Source: an uncultured Candidatus Saccharibacteria bacterium
GTDB lineage: Bacteria; Patescibacteriota; Doudnabacteria; UBA920
Assembly (NCBI GenBank): GCA_964631145.1
Contig: CAZVXT010000001.1
Location: forward strand, 393,237 to 457,236
DNA: 64,000 bases
Reading direction: 5' to 3'
Under the pieces are notes generated by a model that saw only the letters and a program-made list of their open reading frames with translations, made no database searches and was not told where the DNA came from. Each line of letters opens with the position of its first letter. Within the stretch, counting starts at the first letter, position 1. A program made the translations under genes and the position numbers. Shown piece after piece: positions 59,591 through 64,000 of this stretch.

Positions 59591-60760
59591 ATGCAAATAA
59601 AGTTTTATAATAGTCCAGAGCCTGAGGCGTTTAACTCGGAGTTGATAAGCGATGTTCCTAAGTTTGTTTCTTACAAGCCTGATTTTGTATTGCTTCAAAA
59701 ATACGCAGATAAATATAAAAACTATAAAAATTTTATAGTGATAGGTCACGGCGGTAGCGTTACTTCTTTTATGGCTATTTATCAAGCTTTGCAAAACAAA
59801 TTTACTAAACCTGTATATTTTTTAAGTACCATTGATCCGGTCAGAATAGAGGCAATAAAATCCATGACTAGTCCAGATCAAACTTTGGTCATTGCAATTA
59901 GTAAATCCGGAGAAACTGTTACTCAAATAGAAGCGCTATCTCAATTTTTAGATTATCCATTATTGGCAATTACTGGGGCAGTTGGCCCACTTGCTACTAT
60001 TGCAGAAAGATTAAATGCTGATATGATTATCCATCCTAACATTGGCGGGAGATTTACAGGTTTAACAGAAGTAGCGCTATTACCAAGTTTATTGTGCGGC
60101 TTTGATATTCAAAAAATTTATGAAGGTGGCAGCGAATTATATCAAAGTTTTGTAAATGAAAATGGCAGTTATAAATTATCAAGCGTTTTGTATAAGTTAG
60201 AAGAACAGGGGATAGTTGATGTTTTTTTGCCACTTTATTCTTCTAGTTTAACTGGCTTTGAGAATTTAATTGTTCAGTTGTGTCATGAAAGTTTTGGCAA
60301 GAATGGTCATGGGCAAACTTATTTTGCATTTGAAGCACCAGAAAGCCAGCATCATACAAACCAAAGGTTATTTGGTGGAAGAAAAAATCTTGCATTATGC
60401 GTTTTAAGTGTTAAAGAATTGGCTACTGATTTATCGGTAAGCTTTCCTGATTCGTTATTAGATATAAATCTAAAAGATAAAACTCTTGGAGAAGTGTTGC
60501 AAAATTCATTTCTAAATCAGGCAATGCATTTCGAGCGAGACGGTGTTATAGAAACTGCAAAAAGAGATAATCTTCCAGTTATAGATTTTCAAGTAGAAAA
60601 TTTAAACCCTAAATCCATTGGGCAGTTAATTGCGTTTTGGCAAATGTTTGCAGTTTATAGTTCTGTGCTGAGAGATGTTAATCCATATGATCAGCCGGAA
60701 GTGGAAGATAGTAAAAATTTAAGTTTTGCCAAAAGATTGGCTTCAAAAAATATTATTTAA
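59591..60760 (+). CDS. pgi: Glucose-6-phosphate isomerase (divergent)
   Basis: GHGGS, SKSGETV, GGRF, ESFGK, NPYDQPEVE. Confidence 0.85.
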   Translation: MQIKFYNSPEPEAFNSELISDVPKFVSYKPDFVLLQKYADKYKNYKNFIVIGHGGSVTSFMAIYQALQNKFTKPVYFLSTIDPVRIEAIKSMTSPDQTLVIAISKSGETVTQIEALSQFLDYPLLAITGAVGPLATIAERLNADMIIHPNIGGRFTGLTEVALLPSLLCGFDIQKIYEGGSELYQSFVNENGSYKLSSVLYKLEEQGIVDVFLPLYSSSLTGFENLIVQLCHESFGKNGHGQTYFAFEAPESQHHTNQRLFGGRKNLALCVLSVKELATDLSVSFPDSLLDINLKDKTLGEVLQNSFLNQAMHFERDGVIETAKRDNLPVIDFQVENLNPKSIGQLIAFWQMFAVYSSVLRDVNPYDQPEVEDSKNLSFAKRLASKNII

Positions 60761-60833
60761 ACGGATTTTAAGTAACTTTGTCTACTTGCTTAAGACTTAA
60801 AAAACCCCTACAATAAGGGTACTTTTAAGCTAT

Positions 60834-62597
60834 ATGAATAAGACTTTATATCTAAATTTAGAGGACGATGTAAAAACAGTTGCTGCCAAAGTAAAGGCAC
60901 AGAAGGCAACAGATATTACTTTGGTGGTGCCAAAACAGAGTTATTTGTTTTCAGATAGTATTAATTTGCGTTTACTAAAGAAGCAGTTAGACTTATATAA
61001 AAAAAATATTGAGATTTTAACACTTGATCAAAAAGGTCAATTGTATGCTAAAGAAGCGGGTTTTGCGTTAAAGTTTTTACAGCATAGAAAGATGTCTATG
61101 GGCGTTAGTGATATCGCTGGAACTTCCAATATTCGTAAAGATTCGCCTGTTAATCCTGCTAAAGCAACCATTTCTAAGAAAATTTTAAAATCATCAAAAC
61201 TAGAAATATTAAAGAAACCACAACCTGTACCAAAAAAACAAATTTTAAATTCTAAAAAAGATGAACAGATATCTAGAACTCCTCAAATAGAAGTATCTAG
61301 GGTTTACAAGACTAAGAAAAATATTTCTGTACCGGTTGCAGGTCTACCTCAGTCAGGCTTAGTTGATTCTTCAAATTATAAGTCAAAGAATGCATCTTCT
61401 TTTGCTGATAATGTATTTATGACACCTAAAGATAATAGAGCACCCAAAGCAAAACGATCTTATGCTAAAGTGATTATTTCTTTATTAATTTTATCTTTCA
61501 TATCTGGAGCGGTTTTAAATTGGCTTGTTCTTCCTGGTGCTCAAATTGCCATATCTTCTCAAAGTTCTTTATTGTCACGCGATGTTGAAATTATTATTGA
61601 TAGTAATGCTAATAGCGTTGATAGTGCTAGGCTAACTTTGCCAGGTACAAAAATAGATCAAGTTAGTCCTCAAAACGCTGATCTTGAAGTTAATGGGAAA
61701 AAAGAAGTCGGAAGTAAAGCAGAGGGTAGAGTGGTGATTTATAATCTTACTGGTAGTAGCTTAAATTTGAAATCAGATACTACAACTTTATCCGTAGCGG
61801 AGAAAACATATACTTTTAAGTCTGATCAGCGCGGTGTTAAACCTGTTGCAAATGCTAATAATGATAATGGTGCAACTGTCGCCGATATTGTAGCAATAGG
61901 TAGCGGGGAAGGGTTTAATTTACCAGCTGGGACTAGAATAGAAATTACTAACAAATCTTTTGGTTCACAACCACAAAAATTATATGCCAAAGCCGTTACT
62001 CAGGTGGTTGGAGGTTCTTCAAGATTTATTTCTGTTATTAGCGGCGATGATATAGCGAAAATTAAAGAGAACATGGCAAAACAGGTAGTGGTTAGTGTTA
62101 ACCATAAATTATCTTCTCAAAAGCAATCATTAATTGATGGGTCTTATCAATTTGATGTAGTAGATTTTGCTACTAATCAAGCTGAAGGGTCTGAAGCTAT
62201 CAAATTTTCTGCAAGTGGCAATGTTCGAGTACAGGGCATAGCCTTTGATGAAGGTCTGCTAAAAGAAATGGTTAGATCTAGGCTTACTCAAACTTTGGGC
62301 CGAGATAAAGAATTACAAGATCTTGCTAAAGATAAAGCAACTTACAAAATCAAAAATATGGATTTGTCTACAGGTGTTGTGCAGCTATCGGTTCATTATG
62401 AGTCCAGGAGTTTGCCAATATTCGATACATCAGATATGTTTTTAAATATTTCTGGTAAAAGCAAGCAAGAAGCGATTGATATTTTGAGCGAAAATAAAGA
62501 TGTAAAAAAAGTGGATATTATTTTGACTCCTTCATGGCAATCAGATATTCCTAGGTTGCAGGATAAAACTAAGATAACCATCAATTACGAAGATTAA
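60834..62597 (+). CDS. Membrane protein with baseplate J-like segment (CPR-type)
   Basis: N-terminal NLRLLK, TM, AEGRVVIYN..GEGFNL..GG. Confidence 0.75.
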   Translation: MNKTLYLNLEDDVKTVAAKVKAQKATDITLVVPKQSYLFSDSINLRLLKKQLDLYKKNIEILTLDQKGQLYAKEAGFALKFLQHRKMSMGVSDIAGTSNIRKDSPVNPAKATISKKILKSSKLEILKKPQPVPKKQILNSKKDEQISRTPQIEVSRVYKTKKNISVPVAGLPQSGLVDSSNYKSKNASSFADNVFMTPKDNRAPKAKRSYAKVIISLLILSFISGAVLNWLVLPGAQIAISSQSSLLSRDVEIIIDSNANSVDSARLTLPGTKIDQVSPQNADLEVNGKKEVGSKAEGRVVIYNLTGSSLNLKSDTTTLSVAEKTYTFKSDQRGVKPVANANNDNGATVADIVAIGSGEGFNLPAGTRIEITNKSFGSQPQKLYAKAVTQVVGGSSRFISVISGDDIAKIKENMAKQVVVSVNHKLSSQKQSLIDGSYQFDVVDFATNQAEGSEAIKFSASGNVRVQGIAFDEGLLKEMVRSRLTQTLGRDKELQDLAKDKATYKIKNMDLSTGVVQLSVHYESRSLPIFDTSDMFLNISGKSKQEAIDILSENKDVKKVDIILTPSWQSDIPRLQDKTKITINYED

Positions 62598-62631
62598 AAA
62601 AAGTCTAGATTAATTTCTAGACTTTATTGTT

Positions 62632-63162
62632 TCAAGCAAATTTTTGCTCTAAAGTTTTGTAAGTAATTGGCTTTAAAATATTGGTTTCAATATTTACAAT
62701 CCAAGCACAACTGAGAGCTTTACTGTAAAACAATGGATCTTTTTGTGCTCGTATATATTTAGAGCTTGTATTTATATCCCAAAAGAAGTTTGTCGGTAAA
62801 AAGTGTAAATCTAAATTTTTCCAGTTTTTTGTTTCAAAACCAAAATCTTTTAAATATTCTATAGCCAAATAGGATTTTAATTTGGAACTAATCCCATAAT
62901 AACCTTCAATTTCTAAGCTACCCAATTTAATTGCAGTAATTAACGCATCATGGGTTAGAATAAAGCAATCAATATCATTAGGATAAGAATCTCCTCGTCC
63001 TAATGATCCAAATAATATAATCTCATAAGTTTTTGGTATATTTGATTTTAAATGAGCTAAAGTCCAATCTTTTAACTTATTTTGAATAATTATTTGCTCC
63101 CATTGTTGATTAAAGTCCCTTGCAAACTCATATAGTTCCTCTAAAGCGAATTTTCTTTCCAT
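62632..63162 (-). CDS. Nucleotidyltransferase (MNT/Pol beta-like) domain protein (SD-led)
   Basis: ILFGSLGRG..NDID, third Asp LDLH; GGAGG RBS; TTGACA-17-CATAAT. Confidence 0.78.
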   Translation of the reverse strand: MERKFALEELYEFARDFNQQWEQIIIQNKLKDWTLAHLKSNIPKTYEIILFGSLGRGDSYPNDIDCFILTHDALITAIKLGSLEIEGYYGISSKLKSYLAIEYLKDFGFETKNWKNLDLHFLPTNFFWDINTSSKYIRAQKDPLFYSKALSCAWIVNIETNILKPITYKTLEQKFA

Positions 63163-63305
63163 AATTTCCTCCAAAACATAAATTTTATACATTATGCCAG
63201 ATATTATGTTTTATGTCAATACAATTATTTGACAAAATTATCAAGCATTGTTAAAATAACTTTGAATAAAATCATTTATTTTCTAATTAGTTAGTTAGCA
63301 AGAAT

Positions 63306-63533
63306 TTGGGAAGTTCTGAACAAAATCAAACTATCGAACTCGAAGGTGTAGTAATCGAAAGCTTACCTAACACTGTTTTTCGTGTAGAATTGCAAGCTGG
63401 ACAAACCGTTTTAGGTCATTTGTCTGGTAAAATGCGGTTAAACCGAATTAGAGTTTTACCTGGTGACAAAGTTTTACTTGAAGTCACGCCCTATGATCTG
63501 TCTAAAGGACGAATCATACGCAGGTTAAAATAA
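63306..63533 (+). CDS. infA: Translation initiation factor IF-1
   Basis: [24 protein letters not shown]. Confidence 0.96.
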   Translation: MGSSEQNQTIELEGVVIESLPNTVFRVELQAGQTVLGHLSGKMRLNRIRVLPGDKVLLEVTPYDLSKGRIIRRLK

Positions 63534-63622
63534 CAAGAGTTTGAATTCAGCCGGCAGATTGCTAAGGCTGTGGAAACTTAAAGTTTTCCTAAATTGTTGC
63601 TTGGCGCAACAAGGATATAATT

Positions 63623-63736
63623 ATGAAAGTTAGAGCAAGTGTAAAACCTATTTGCAAGAAGTGTAAAATCGTCAAGAGATTTGGTCGGGTCTTTGTGATT
63701 TGTGAAGTTCCAAAACATAAGCAACGTCAGGGTTAA
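63623..63736 (+). CDS. rpmJ: 50S ribosomal protein L36
   Basis: [37 protein letters not shown]. Confidence 0.97.
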   Translation: MKVRASVKPICKKCKIVKRFGRVFVICEVPKHKQRQG

Positions 63737-63790
63737 TTGACGGTGTTTTTTGTTGTTTATTAATTAAGTTTTAAAAGAATTTAAAGAATT

Positions 63791-64000
63791 ATGGCTAGAG
63801 TTGCAGGGGTGAATATCCCGAATGAAAAAAGAATTGAAGCTTCTCTTCGTTACATTTATGGAGTTGGATTGACCTTATCAAAAAAAGTTCTAGAAGCTAC
63901 TAAAGTTAATCCAGATACAAGAACAAAAGATTTAACTGAAGATGAACTTAATAAGATTCGCGAATATATCGACAAGAATCTAAAAACTGAAGGTAATCTT
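63791..64000 (+). CDS. rpsM: 30S ribosomal protein S13 (partial)
   Basis: [26 protein letters not shown]. Confidence 0.97.
   Translation, partial: MARVAGVNIPNEKRIEASLRYIYGVGLTLSKKVLEATKVNPDTRTKDLTEDELNKIREYIDKNLKTEGNL

Noticed and set aside
49343-62597. Prophage implied by holin-family and baseplate J-like genes
   Set aside because: Both occur as ordinary chromosomal genes; no terminase, capsid, portal or integrase nearby
1-64000. CRISPR array, tRNA or rRNA
   Set aside because: No regularly spaced direct repeats, cloverleaf or rRNA sequence seen by eye

Overview
AT-rich chromosomal segment with the gene content of a Patescibacteria (CPR) genome; taxonomy is inferred from gene style (short AlaRS, conserved CPR hypotheticals), standard code 11. 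Core genes: aspS (partial), lgt, recR, dnaB, cysS, two adk, map, thrS, dnaE, rodA, rml genes and glycosyltransferases, sortase, surface proteins, ECF sigma, msrA/msrB, ctpA, alaS, pgi, infA-rpmJ-rpsM. No rRNA, tRNA, CRISPR, integrase or transposase was seen. Three unusual layers: (1) two transcription-attenuating T-box leaders with an ultrashort Stem I (Asn specifier before aspS, Thr specifier before thrS), the thrS one containing a nested antisense gene; (2) about 18 mostly orphan genes scattered among core genes, typically with a sigma70 promoter, strong Shine-Dalgarno and terminator, whereas core genes are almost all SD-less or leaderless; (3) three free-standing, promoter- and terminator-bounded structured ncRNA candidates exposing anti-SD motifs. 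All RNA structures were paired by eye, not computed.
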